In this document: positions 1 to 9,135 of the stretch, in pieces | Layout: each line of letters starts with the position of its first letter | Position numbering within the stretch: position 1 is the stretch's first letter | Assembly (NCBI GenBank): GCA_032718475.1 | Contig: JAUCBJ010005578.1 | Coordinates: 1 to 36,354, forward strand | Direction: 5' to 3' | Origin: Nemertoderma westbladi | Lineage: Eukaryota; Animalia; Xenacoelomorpha | Length of the DNA: 36,354 nt | The notes under the pieces: model-generated | What the model was told of the DNA's origin: nothing | Databases searched by the model: none | The model's input: the letters and a program-made list of their open reading frames with translations, nothing else | Position numbers and translations under genes: made by a program

Positions 1-2
1 AT

Positions 3-1310
3 TTAGACTTAGACCTAGAACCACTGCCGACGACCAAAGTACTAGGACTTAGTTGGGACCCTAACACCGACAATTTTAGGGTACGTGTAAGGTCCAACGA
101 TCGGACTAAACCTCTCACTAAGAGGACTTGCTTATCGACTATGAGTCGATTGTATGACCCATTGTGTTTCATTAGTCCAGTGATCCTACATGCCAGGATC
201 ATACTCCGCAGCATTTGGCAAGCCGGACTGGAATGGGACGATCCCATCCCAGAAAAGTTAGCTGAGCGATGGAGGGACTGGGAAGCCCAACTGACGTTCC
301 TACAAGACTATACCATACCGAGGGTATACTTTCCTTTACAAACCACCTTTCCTGCTGATTTAGAGCTTCACAGCTTTAGTGACGCTAGCAAGGATGGATT
401 GGGGGTTACTTTATACCTTAGACGACAAGTGACATCGGACAGCTACGATGTGTCTCTCGTTACTTCAAGGGCTAGAACAATGCCATTGAAGTATATGACT
501 GTACCTCGTGGGGAGCTGCAAGCCGGGACGATATCCACCGATATTGTCAGTCTAGTTCAACGCGAGCTGGAGGCTAACTTGAAGGTCACATATTGGACGG
601 ATGCGACGTTGGTACTTTGGTACATAAACAACGAAGCATTTGAGTTCAAGACTTTCGTAGCCAACAGATGGGCTGAAATATTAGACCGGTCGCTCAAACA
701 AGATTGGCGTCACTGTCCAGGGAAGCTGAACCCAGCTGACATCGCGTCACGGGGGATGCAACCACTCGACTTTTGTAAACCGGACAATAAATCATTTTGG
801 TTTAGAGGACCCGATTTCCTACAGCGACCATCAGACGAATGGCCACCGTTATTCGACGCGACAACCAACACCATACCAGAGGGTGCCGAGATAAAACTCG
901 ACAAGGTTGTCAAGTCTAAAGCGAAAGCCAACGCCAAGGTCAAAAGGAAAAAAGGACGGACGAAATCTGATGACCTGGACGCCAGACCTGACATTACGCC
1001 AGACGTCTCGCCAGACACTCGACCAGACGCTTGTACGAATCCTTCGCCGGATGTTCCGCGGGAGATTTCAACAGACGTTTCGCCGGATTGTTCACCAGAT
1101 TACTCGCCAGACTATTCACCAGAAGAGACACCAGATTGTTCTCCGGATTGTTCGCCAGATTGTTTGATGGAACTCTCGACAGAATGTCTACCGGACGTCT
1201 CACCAGACTGTTCACCAGACATCTCGACAGACGCTCCACCAGACTGTCTACCAGATTTTAGACCAGACTTTCTGACAGAAGTTACGCTAGACAGACTTTG
1301 GGACCGATGA
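3..1310 (+). CDS. BEL/Pao pol fragment: Peptidase_A17/RNase H region (open from window start)
   Basis: KVLGLSWD, TKR..LS...LYDPL, WDDPIP, LHSFSDAS, TVPRGEL, YWTD, FVANR, WRHCPGKLNPADIASRG, WFRGPDFL. The repeat coding continues in frame past TGA 1308 to TGA 1485, so 1308 is probably a premature stop. Confidence 0.92.
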   Translation, partial: LDLDLEPLPTTKVLGLSWDPNTDNFRVRVRSNDRTKPLTKRTCLSTMSRLYDPLCFISPVILHARIILRSIWQAGLEWDDPIPEKLAERWRDWEAQLTFLQDYTIPRVYFPLQTTFPADLELHSFSDASKDGLGVTLYLRRQVTSDSYDVSLVTSRARTMPLKYMTVPRGELQAGTISTDIVSLVQRELEANLKVTYWTDATLVLWYINNEAFEFKTFVANRWAEILDRSLKQDWRHCPGKLNPADIASRGMQPLDFCKPDNKSFWFRGPDFLQRPSDEWPPLFDATTNTIPEGAEIKLDKVVKSKAKANAKVKRKKGRTKSDDLDARPDITPDVSPDTRPDACTNPSPDVPREISTDVSPDCSPDYSPDYSPEETPDCSPDCSPDCLMELSTECLPDVSPDCSPDISTDAPPDCLPDFRPDFLTEVTLDRLWDR

Positions 1311-1400
1311 CAGGACATTTCGCCGGATGTTCCGCGCTATGTCTCACCAGACGTCTCACCGGACGTCTCACCAGACGCTTCACCAGACTGTCTACTAGAC
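980..1400 (+). repeat. Coding 12-nt minisatellite, (S/L)PDx tetrapeptide repeats in the RNase H-integrase linker
   Basis: Recurrent TCACCAGAC/TCGCCGGAT units; protein SPDVSPDCSPDYSPDYS... Confidence 0.85.
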
Positions 1401-1501
1401 ACTCCATTAGAAGACCCATTGGAGCGGACTTTTAGAGACGTACCAAATTTGACTTCTTTGGACGACAGATCGTACCTAAAGAGGTGAGGTCTCTATAGGG
1501 G

Positions 1502-2699
1502 TGCGATCAACAGGCGGCGGCGGACTCGTGAGGGTCTGGGGGCACGTTAAAGTACCGCGTAAGTGCAAGGGAGATACTTAAGGCCCTCGTGTCTAGCGAA
1601 CCATGAATCGACATGGTGCCGTGGTTCCGTCTAGTCGGCATGTTGCCGTACTGCCAGTCCTGTACACAGTAGGGGTGGTGGCATGGCGTGATTTGTGGTT
1701 CATGTGGTGTGAACTATGTTTTGTATGTGGGCGATCAGTGGCAGTTTGCTTGGGGCTTGGATGGTTCCATTGGCCATCAGCTGTTCCGTTTTTTTGATAC
1801 TATATGTTATTGTCTCCATGTTCAGCTGATTTGGTCTTTGGTGGCATTGGAACAAACCGTCGGGTCTTGAGTTTTCTGTTGCTGTGGGTACGTGAGTACA
1901 CGTGATTGTATGTGTGGCCACTGCGAGTGGGTATGGGAACCCTTGCCAGTTGGACAAGACGCCGCTGGTATTAGTAGGACCATACTTTACTGCGCCCCAG
2001 CATACTTTGTGCACACAAAGTTATTTTGCCCTGTCGGCAAAATAAGGTACTCTCGATTAGCCTGTTAATCGATACAATTTGTCCCCTCTGATTTGTCTTT
2101 CTCGATTTTGACCCCGATTTTGTCCTTACCCGATTATGTCATCTGTGTGTGCATGGTATGTGTTCGATTTTGTGTTTACCGTAGTGTACTTGATTTCGTG
2201 AACATCTGTTGAGTACACGTGTACAGTAAACTGGTAAGTGGTTACTTGTTCAGTAGCTTTAGAGCTACAGACAGTATTGTTTTTTCAATACTGCCGGCGA
2301 GGCAGGTGAAAACGAGTCAAAATTCCATGTTGGGTAGCGCAAGCCCACATGGGACAAGACCGTCGGTTAGGCCCAAGGGCGACCTTGGTGTTCGCTCGCT
2401 ATCGACTGGTCCACCTGCCGGTTGACTCTTTGTTATACTTTTGAGTTGGCTCAATGTACAGTCAGGCCACAGTAAGTTGACAGTAGCCGCCCATCTGGCT
2501 ACACGTTCGACGAGCTGTGCTGGTGTGATCGGGGGACCGAAAACAGAACCCGGGAAGCATCAGGCCACCCTGCGGCCCGGTTATGTCGAAACGACTGATA
2601 GAAATGTCAGTCGGACTGGCCCCCAGGGGTGGTGGAAAGGTGTTCGCCTCGTGGGTGCGCCTCCGGGAGGAGCCCAGAAGGACACAAGCGGTGGCCACA
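1502..2699. mobile_element. ~1.2 kb solo-LTR-like insertion interrupting A1 pol
   Basis: Non-coding block with different composition, between two pol segments. TG...CA termini flanked by GGGG (1498-1501 and 2700-2703). Alternative ends are 1485 (TGAGG) and 2708 (GGGGTTACA). Confidence 0.55.
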
Positions 2700-4484
2700 G
2701 GGGTTACACTCCGCTCGAAGAAGGTACTTGACTTACCTACAGGTAAAGTGGTGACTAAGGTTAGGAAGCTTACAGGCTCACAGGAACACACTGACACTGT
2801 AGAGTTGAAACCATTACTGCCAGTCGACACATTAGGTGCGGACGGTAAAGGTAAGACCGTAGAGATTGACGTACTTGGGGACTCAGACAAACCTACCGGA
2901 AGGCCCGTGGGCCTACCAAGTCCAGACAAGTATCTACACTACGACTACACCTTACCCGATGACGTCACTAACACTTACGTTGACAGGATAGTGAACCTAA
3001 CTAGATCATGGACTGACGCGTGCCGCAAGTTAGCATGGCTCAAACGATTGAGACAATATGCCAGAGGCAAACGCGACTTTCCTAGAAGACTTACCTTAAA
3101 GGAAATTGAACACTGTGAAGTTGATATCATTCGACATTATCAATTGCGATATTTCGCACGAGAGTTCACAGCGATCAAACAAGGTAAACAGATTAAGTCT
3201 TCACCGATTTTGAGTTGGAGTCCGATTATTTACCGGGGCTTACTTTGTCACAAGTCCAGACTCCAAAACATCGACTTTGCACTTGACTTTAGGTATCCTA
3301 TCATCATACCGCAACACCATGAATTACAGCGCGCTATGATACTGGACGCACATGTACAACTCAAACACGTAGGTAGACACCACTGTCTATCACACTTACG
3401 CTCGAGGTTTGTACTGATTAGACCTAGTAAGGCACTGAGTTCGGTAACACGGAACTGTATTATTTGTAAGAAGGTGCACGCGAGGATAGGACACCAAGAA
3501 ATGAGTGAACTACCATTAGCTAGATTACAGGCATTTAGACCCCCTTTCACTGAGACAGGGATAGACTGTTTTGGACCCATAATCGCGAAACGCGGAAGGG
3601 TACAGGTAAAACGTTGGGGATTGATCTTCACCTGCATGGCCAGCAGAGCTGTCCATATAGAGCGAGTGACAGACTTGTCCACCAATGCCTTTATCCTAGC
3701 CTTACGGCGATTTATCGCTAGACGTGGATTGGTCAAATCCATACACTGCGACCAAGGGACAAACTTTGTGGGTGCACGGAACGAGATAACCAGAGCTTTG
3801 AGAAAATTGGACCAAAACCAGATTTCCGAGGAACTACGTCCTCACCGTATTGTTTGGTTTTTCAATACTCCAGACAGTCCGTGGAGAGGCGGCGTTTGGG
3901 AAAGGCTGATTGGCTCAATAAAAACAGCTATGGCTAAAGTCGTACCGACGCAACACATCTTGACAGACGACCAACTGACGACGTTACTAATAGAAATCGA
4001 AGCAATCTTAAATACCAGACCGATCGCTTTGATCCCAGACAATAACGACGTACAGTTTGCCTTGACACCAGCGCACCTGCTTATGCAGGCGCCGACGACA
4101 CTGTTGCCCATTTCAGTACCCGTTGATAGTGACGGATACGGCAACAAGGCTTGGAAAATCACTCAATTGCTTGCAAATAAATTCTGGGAAATATGGCAGA
4201 AATATTATTTGCCCTCTATTTCGACCAGAACCTCTTGGTATCTAAATACCCGGTGTTTAAAACGTGGTGACCATGTTTTATTGGCTGAAGCCAATCTGAG
4301 AAGACGGTTTTGGCTGACTGGAGTCATTTTGACCACGCACCCTACATCTGGTATAGTGAGAACAGTTACTGTACGGACTATCGACGGACGTACCGTAGAC
4401 AGACCTGTACAACGTCTCGTACTCCTTGAGGAGACTAGAAACGAGACAGGAGACTACAAATCTCCACCCAATATTAGTAAATAG
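2583..4484 (+). CDS. BEL/Pao pol C-terminus: integrase (true pol sequence resumes ~2700)
   Basis: HHCC (AHVQLKH...CIIC); DDE core GIDCFGP / HCDQGTNF / GGVWERL; LNTRP, LTPAHL, FWEIWQKYYL; C-terminal VRTVTV..RPVQRLVLL. Confidence 0.95.
   Translation: MSKRLIEMSVGLAPRGGGKVFASWVRLREEPRRTQAVATGVTLRSKKVLDLPTGKVVTKVRKLTGSQEHTDTVELKPLLPVDTLGADGKGKTVEIDVLGDSDKPTGRPVGLPSPDKYLHYDYTLPDDVTNTYVDRIVNLTRSWTDACRKLAWLKRLRQYARGKRDFPRRLTLKEIEHCEVDIIRHYQLRYFAREFTAIKQGKQIKSSPILSWSPIIYRGLLCHKSRLQNIDFALDFRYPIIIPQHHELQRAMILDAHVQLKHVGRHHCLSHLRSRFVLIRPSKALSSVTRNCIICKKVHARIGHQEMSELPLARLQAFRPPFTETGIDCFGPIIAKRGRVQVKRWGLIFTCMASRAVHIERVTDLSTNAFILALRRFIARRGLVKSIHCDQGTNFVGARNEITRALRKLDQNQISEELRPHRIVWFFNTPDSPWRGGVWERLIGSIKTAMAKVVPTQHILTDDQLTTLLIEIEAILNTRPIALIPDNNDVQFALTPAHLLMQAPTTLLPISVPVDSDGYGNKAWKITQLLANKFWEIWQKYYLPSISTRTSWYLNTRCLKRGDHVLLAEANLRRRFWLTGVILTTHPTSGIVRTVTVRTIDGRTVDRPVQRLVLLEETRNETGDYKSPPNISK
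2898..2917 (+). repeat. Family-A hairpin motif, copy 1 (covarying variant)
   Basis: GGAAGGCC-CGTG-GGCCTACC. Confidence 0.8.
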
Positions 4485-4836
4485 ATGTGGGACCTTTGTT
4501 GGCCGCCACATAGACCTACTGTATTTTAGTTATTTGTATTTGTATTACTGTACGTGCATTTGTAATCCTCTTCACTGTAGATAGAGACAGCGGTGGAATT
4601 CCATTGTCTTTATACGTGAACATGGAGGGTAGTACCCTTATGTATCACATAGGAGCGGGATTGTGTGTACAGCAGGAATGGAATTCCACTTGGAACCCAC
4701 AAGTGAGACAATTTTTCAAAAATTATTAGACAAATCCATTTATTTGGATTTAAATTTAAGAAAAACGATTCTCCAGTGAAAGCAAATTCTAGAATACAGC
4801 TAGAAAAAATTAAAATTGGGGAGGACAAGAGTGGAT

Positions 4837-4856
4837 GGAAGGCTTGCGAGCCTACC
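4837..4856 (+). repeat. Family-A hairpin motif, copy 2 (intergenic)
   Basis: GGAAGGCT-TGCG-AGCCTACC. Confidence 0.9.
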
Positions 4857-5151
4857 GATAAATTTTTTTTGGGAAAAGAAAATCGGTCTTGTTCTACGTA
4901 GTCGTGTCTACTATTATTTTGACCAATTAATTCTCGACTGCATTATTTTCTTGGGAAACGTAGTTTGGGAAATTAAAAGGTGAGTATTTTAGACTCGCGG
5001 CTAGTTTACCCGGAATTCGTTTTTTATCGGCACATTTTTTGGATTAGGAGCCAGTGCGAAATCACACGAACCCGAAATCACTAGGCAAAATGGGTTGGGG
5101 TTTAGAGCAGAGTTGAGCCAAAAGCCAACAAACTCTGGAGTCACCTCACAT

Positions 5152-5178
5152 CTAACCTCTATTTTGTGCTTCATCTAG
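5152..5178 (+). promoter_or_regulatory. Candidate splice acceptor upstream of the accessory ORF
   Basis: CTAAC branch point (5152-5156), pyrimidine tract, CTAG ending at 5178, 40 nt before ATG 5219. Confidence 0.45.
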
Positions 5179-5218
5179 TAGAAACGTAACGATATGTAAC
5201 CGCATATATTCGTATACG

Positions 5219-6763
5219 ATGGCGGAGAAGATGTATAAAGAGTTACGTCAAGGGTTTACGCAAGAACAGGAGCACCAGGCGCCATTCAATCGTTATGGAG
5301 CTAAAAACTTTAGTGTGTTTGGAGTGGAGAGTATGGCTAGGAGTACGGCCAAGCTCGCTAAATCCAAGGCGGACCCGAATGTTACGCGACAGCGGTTGGA
5401 CGCATACAACAAAAGAACGGAGGAATTACGCGCGGAATACAATGCGTTATATCCCTACGATGCGTTATGCGACGCTAGCGACATTTGCGAGGATCCAGAC
5501 ACCGAAATACGCCGATTGTATCATACGCTGCAATATTTGACGGTAAACGAACCTTTACCTGCAGCTAGAGACGAATTCGAAGGAATGCATCTTTATAGAC
5601 GCGCTCGAGGAGCGGATCCAGAGACCAAGGACGCGTTTTCCGTATACAAACTGTTTTATAAATGTGGAGCGTGTATGCGCGAGCAAGACAACGCGATTCC
5701 TATGCGGTTGAACTCGGAGAACCCCGAGCCGATATTAGCGCGATGTTCACACCACCAAAGTCTACGTTACCAAGAAGGCGGATACCCTTTGACAAATCCG
5801 TATCATTCATTTAAGATGAGTGGACCGAACGCGGGTGAAATCGTTATTTACGAACCTAAATTAGTCGAACCAGACGTCTACAGCATGGTAGTGGACGAGT
5901 CTAATAAGTCGACACAAGAGAAACGGGAAGCTTTGAGCCTCTACAGGGCGTACAAGGCGTACGAGAAAGGCGAGATCGAGGAGTTCGGCGGAAGGCTCGC
6001 GAGCCTACCATTCTATTGGATATCCCACGATCAAACCGAACCCAAGGAGATGACACCCGAGCTCTTCGATAGTATCACCTTTGCTCAGCGTTTGTCGCAG
6101 AGACTACAGATACCTCACGTTGAGATGACGCGAGAACCTCAGCCCCATTCTACTGGAGCGATAGTATCGGTTGCGAGACCAACTAGTTTTCCTATTAGTA
6201 TACCGACCCGGAAGGAGACAACTTACGAGATCCCTATAGTTGAACACCCGGAGATCATCTCGAACCTGGATTTCCTCCCATCGGTCACCTTCGGTGATGT
6301 GTTAGAATCAACCGAGTTGCGTAAAGTAATAGTTCAAAAAATCGTACGCAACGTGCCTCCACATATCACGGACTTTAAGGAAGTGGATCGCGCGGGGACG
6401 GATATCGCACCTTGTATCTTGCGAGGATATCTGACGAAAACGATTCGATTATGGATCGGAGTTGGGACGTTTGAGACCGACACCGATATCGCGACCAATT
6501 GGACTGGTAAACCTATTAGTTTCGATGATGAAAAGTCGATCGGGAGAATTTGGAACCCTACCGATGATTTACTCGACGATTGGGACGTGACTAGCCGATC
6601 TCTGAAAGAGAATGGATATATGTTTTACGATAATGAAGGAGGAAGCCATCAGCAAAGCCTCACTTCAAAGACGATACAGATGGCGTGTCACATGTCTTCA
6701 GCCGACAGAGGAGTGATAGGAAGATGCCTATGCCGGAAGGAACGACGCAAAGACACGCGATGA
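5219..6763 (+). CDS. Accessory protein, N-terminal part: unknown domain plus Exo I motif of a DEDDy exonuclease
   Basis: 514-aa ORF ending in YMFYDNEG...TIQMA, which resembles the DxE and LLQLA motifs of WRN/RNase D exonucleases. Overlaps the next ORF in the -1 frame. Confidence 0.75.
   Translation: MAEKMYKELRQGFTQEQEHQAPFNRYGAKNFSVFGVESMARSTAKLAKSKADPNVTRQRLDAYNKRTEELRAEYNALYPYDALCDASDICEDPDTEIRRLYHTLQYLTVNEPLPAARDEFEGMHLYRRARGADPETKDAFSVYKLFYKCGACMREQDNAIPMRLNSENPEPILARCSHHQSLRYQEGGYPLTNPYHSFKMSGPNAGEIVIYEPKLVEPDVYSMVVDESNKSTQEKREALSLYRAYKAYEKGEIEEFGGRLASLPFYWISHDQTEPKEMTPELFDSITFAQRLSQRLQIPHVEMTREPQPHSTGAIVSVARPTSFPISIPTRKETTYEIPIVEHPEIISNLDFLPSVTFGDVLESTELRKVIVQKIVRNVPPHITDFKEVDRAGTDIAPCILRGYLTKTIRLWIGVGTFETDTDIATNWTGKPISFDDEKSIGRIWNPTDDLLDDWDVTSRSLKENGYMFYDNEGGSHQQSLTSKTIQMACHMSSADRGVIGRCLCRKERRKDTR
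5990..6009 (+). repeat. Family-A hairpin motif, copy 3 (in ORF)
   Basis: GGAAGGCT-CGCG-AGCCTACC, read as GRLASLP. Confidence 0.9.
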
Positions 6764-8961
6764 TAAAACGGATAGTTAAATCCATGGACCTGGCTTGTAG
6801 CATAGAAGCTAGGATGTTGCCAAAGGCCGTGCGAGACGTTGTGTTGGATAAGAGCATCGTCAAGATCGGATCCGGTGTACGGGATGACCTGATTAGCGAC
6901 TTTGCAGGGATGCCCACGGAAGAGGACCGATTGCCTACGCCATACGTGGATACTAGACCATTGTTGCTTTGGGCTATTGAGCAAGGATACTTTAGAGAGT
7001 ATAACACGCTAAAAACTGGGACGGGTTATATCTCATATCTGATGTTTAGTTGGGATTACAAGGAGAGTAAGAGGAACAAATACACGGACGTATACGGAGA
7101 GCGAGATACCCCCGGCGTAAACGAGTTCGAGTCACAGTTGAAGTGGCGAGGTTGCGTGTATTGGGCGATTACTTCACCTCCGCGGATAATCTTGCAATAC
7201 TATTTAGCAATAGAATCTTCGGTTAACGTTTGTTTCATCGCAGACGTAGTATCCAGAACCTTAAAGCGACACCCGTTATGTCTTGGCGAAGGACATACCT
7301 TTTACGATGGAGGAAGGACGCATACTGATGTATTCCGACGATTTCTCCAACCCTTTTATAACACCGATGCGCACTGCGAAGTTTTCAGGCGAGCGGGACT
7401 TAGCGTTTTCAGGGACGTCTATCTCACTCACGCGGGAAGTCTAGTCGACAGACCGTCGATGTTAACGTTAGTACCCTATGACGGGGAACGCCACGCGGAA
7501 TTCGAACGCCCGGAAGGATCCTGGAAGGCTCGCGAGCCTACCGCCCATCATGACGATGTGGATCCGACCGAGTTGGCGCTAATAGACGAACCGTTACGGC
7601 AACTCATAGAAATAGAAGAGAACCTTCCAAGGAAGACGCGAACTGAGATACACGAGTTAGAGAAAAGCGATGCCATGGTTTGTGTACAACCTACGGAGAC
7701 GAACATACCGACTGACCCGGATGATGAGAATTATCACGTGGACGGTAGCGCTCGCCCCATCGGAGACCTCATCTATGAGCGAGTTTGGTATCCTGCCAAC
7801 ACTATTTGTGGCAGATGTGGAGCAACTGGCCATCACGCAAAGAAGTGCGGAGCGAAGCACATATCTCTACCGGATCTAGTATGCAACTGGTGCGGGGATC
7901 AACGTTCGCACACTTTCTACACTTGCTGGCGTTTCGTGGCGCAGTGTACTTATTGTAATATTAAGGGCCATAGGGCATCTGAATGTCAACTTAGAGACGT
8001 CCCCTATGAGCACATGTCAGTTAAAATCGTTCGACAATTATTCGACCATTGGGAGGATCTAGCAGACGAGCATGTATCGACGCAGCGACGCCGCTTCCCT
8101 ATGAGAGCACATTTGGGATTTTGGGCCGTAAACCCTCTCATAATGTCAAAGGAAGGATATGTATCGGCTATGCCTCAGTACGATGAATTGTTGGAGGTAT
8201 TGGATATATTGCCGTTGGACAGTGGATTCAAAGTTGTGCGGGACTATTTCTTACAAGTGCACCCGGACAACAAGAATACTTGGAACTTTCAAACTGTGGT
8301 GAACAAGATTACCGCCGGAGAATTCGATAAACTGCGAGTTGAACAGCGGAATCGAGGAGCCTGGCATTCGATAGCTTGGGCATACCGGAGCGCATTTTAT
8401 CACAAACGCGTAACCTCGTGCATTCTGGACGAGACCGATGTTTTGCGTGAGACTGGCTTCAAGGCCACGCCGTTAGCGGAGAAGACGCGTCACCCACAGG
8501 ATGATCAGCAATTTCGTATACTCAAAGCCCAGAAGGCCGGACAAGAGATTAAGAAGATAGTGAATGTCGCCGAGAGGACGACATCGAAGTCGCAAATCCG
8601 GATGACTCGGGGCACGGTTTCCCTTGCTAGAGAACCACGCGGAGGGACAGGATACGCTTTGACTGAACCCATTAGGATTCAAACGACGTCAGAGAGCGAG
8701 GTGTCAACGGACGGAACAGTCCTACCCTTTCGACTTCCTCCTAGCGTTGTAGAAACTCGATCCGATGTTAAGTCGACAGTTGGAATCGGACGAGGATTTA
8801 GAGGATTGAGCGCACGACGGATGTGCGAAACTCCCGTCGTCCCCTTTCCTAGCGTTTTGGAACCACCGACGACTCGACGCCGAAGTCCGAGCCCAGTTCG
8901 ACCTCGACCACCCCCCAATCGCACTAGAGGACGTGGACGAGCCCGCTCAGCGAAGGAATAG
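6685..8961 (+). CDS. Accessory protein, C-terminal part: DEDDy exonuclease Exo II/III, three CCHC zinc knuckles, RS/RG tail
   Basis: LPKAVRDVVLDKSIVKIGSGVRDD, YVDTRPL, W...QYYLAIES; CGRCGATGHHAKKC, CNWCGDQRSHTFYTC, CTYCNIKGHRASEC; RRRSPSP...RGRGR. Confidence 0.8.
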   Translation: MSHVFSRQRSDRKMPMPEGTTQRHAMIKRIVKSMDLACSIEARMLPKAVRDVVLDKSIVKIGSGVRDDLISDFAGMPTEEDRLPTPYVDTRPLLLWAIEQGYFREYNTLKTGTGYISYLMFSWDYKESKRNKYTDVYGERDTPGVNEFESQLKWRGCVYWAITSPPRIILQYYLAIESSVNVCFIADVVSRTLKRHPLCLGEGHTFYDGGRTHTDVFRRFLQPFYNTDAHCEVFRRAGLSVFRDVYLTHAGSLVDRPSMLTLVPYDGERHAEFERPEGSWKAREPTAHHDDVDPTELALIDEPLRQLIEIEENLPRKTRTEIHELEKSDAMVCVQPTETNIPTDPDDENYHVDGSARPIGDLIYERVWYPANTICGRCGATGHHAKKCGAKHISLPDLVCNWCGDQRSHTFYTCWRFVAQCTYCNIKGHRASECQLRDVPYEHMSVKIVRQLFDHWEDLADEHVSTQRRRFPMRAHLGFWAVNPLIMSKEGYVSAMPQYDELLEVLDILPLDSGFKVVRDYFLQVHPDNKNTWNFQTVVNKITAGEFDKLRVEQRNRGAWHSIAWAYRSAFYHKRVTSCILDETDVLRETGFKATPLAEKTRHPQDDQQFRILKAQKAGQEIKKIVNVAERTTSKSQIRMTRGTVSLAREPRGGTGYALTEPIRIQTTSESEVSTDGTVLPFRLPPSVVETRSDVKSTVGIGRGFRGLSARRMCETPVVPFPSVLEPPTTRRRSPSPVRPRPPPNRTRGRGRARSAKE
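7523..7542 (+). repeat. Family-A hairpin motif, copy 4 (in ORF, different codon phase)
   Basis: GGAAGGCT-CGCG-AGCCTACC, read as WKAREPT. Confidence 0.9.
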
Positions 8962-8974
8962 GAAGCGAGTGGAA

Positions 8975-8994
8975 GGAAGGCTTGCGAGCCTACC
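8975..8994 (+). repeat. Family-A hairpin motif, copy 5 (3' UTR)
   Basis: GGAAGGCT-TGCG-AGCCTACC. Confidence 0.9.
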
Positions 8995-8996
8995 GA

Positions 8997-9110
8997 TTTG
9001 GATATTATATTTGGATATTATATTTGGATATTATATTTGGATGTTATATTTGAATATTATATTTGGATATTTTATTTGGATATTTATATTGGACATTATG
9101 TTTGAATGTT
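8997..9110 (+). repeat. 13-bp minisatellite (TTTGGATATTATA)n
   Basis: About 8 degenerate tandem units between hairpin copies 5 and 6. Confidence 0.85.
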
Positions 9111-9135
9111 GGGTTTGGAGGAGCGAGATATGGAA

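Noticed and set aside
2583-2699. ATG 2583 as a real integrase start
   Set aside because: It lies within the inserted sequence; Pao integrase is normally released from the polyprotein.
1484-2742. Spliceosomal intron removing the pol insert (AG|GTGAGG donor)
   Set aside because: Candidate acceptors at 2700, 2720, 2723 and 2742 do not restore the integrase frame.
5219-8961. Envelope gene
   Set aside because: No signal peptide, transmembrane helix or fusion-protein pattern; the motifs indicate an exonuclease and zinc knuckles.
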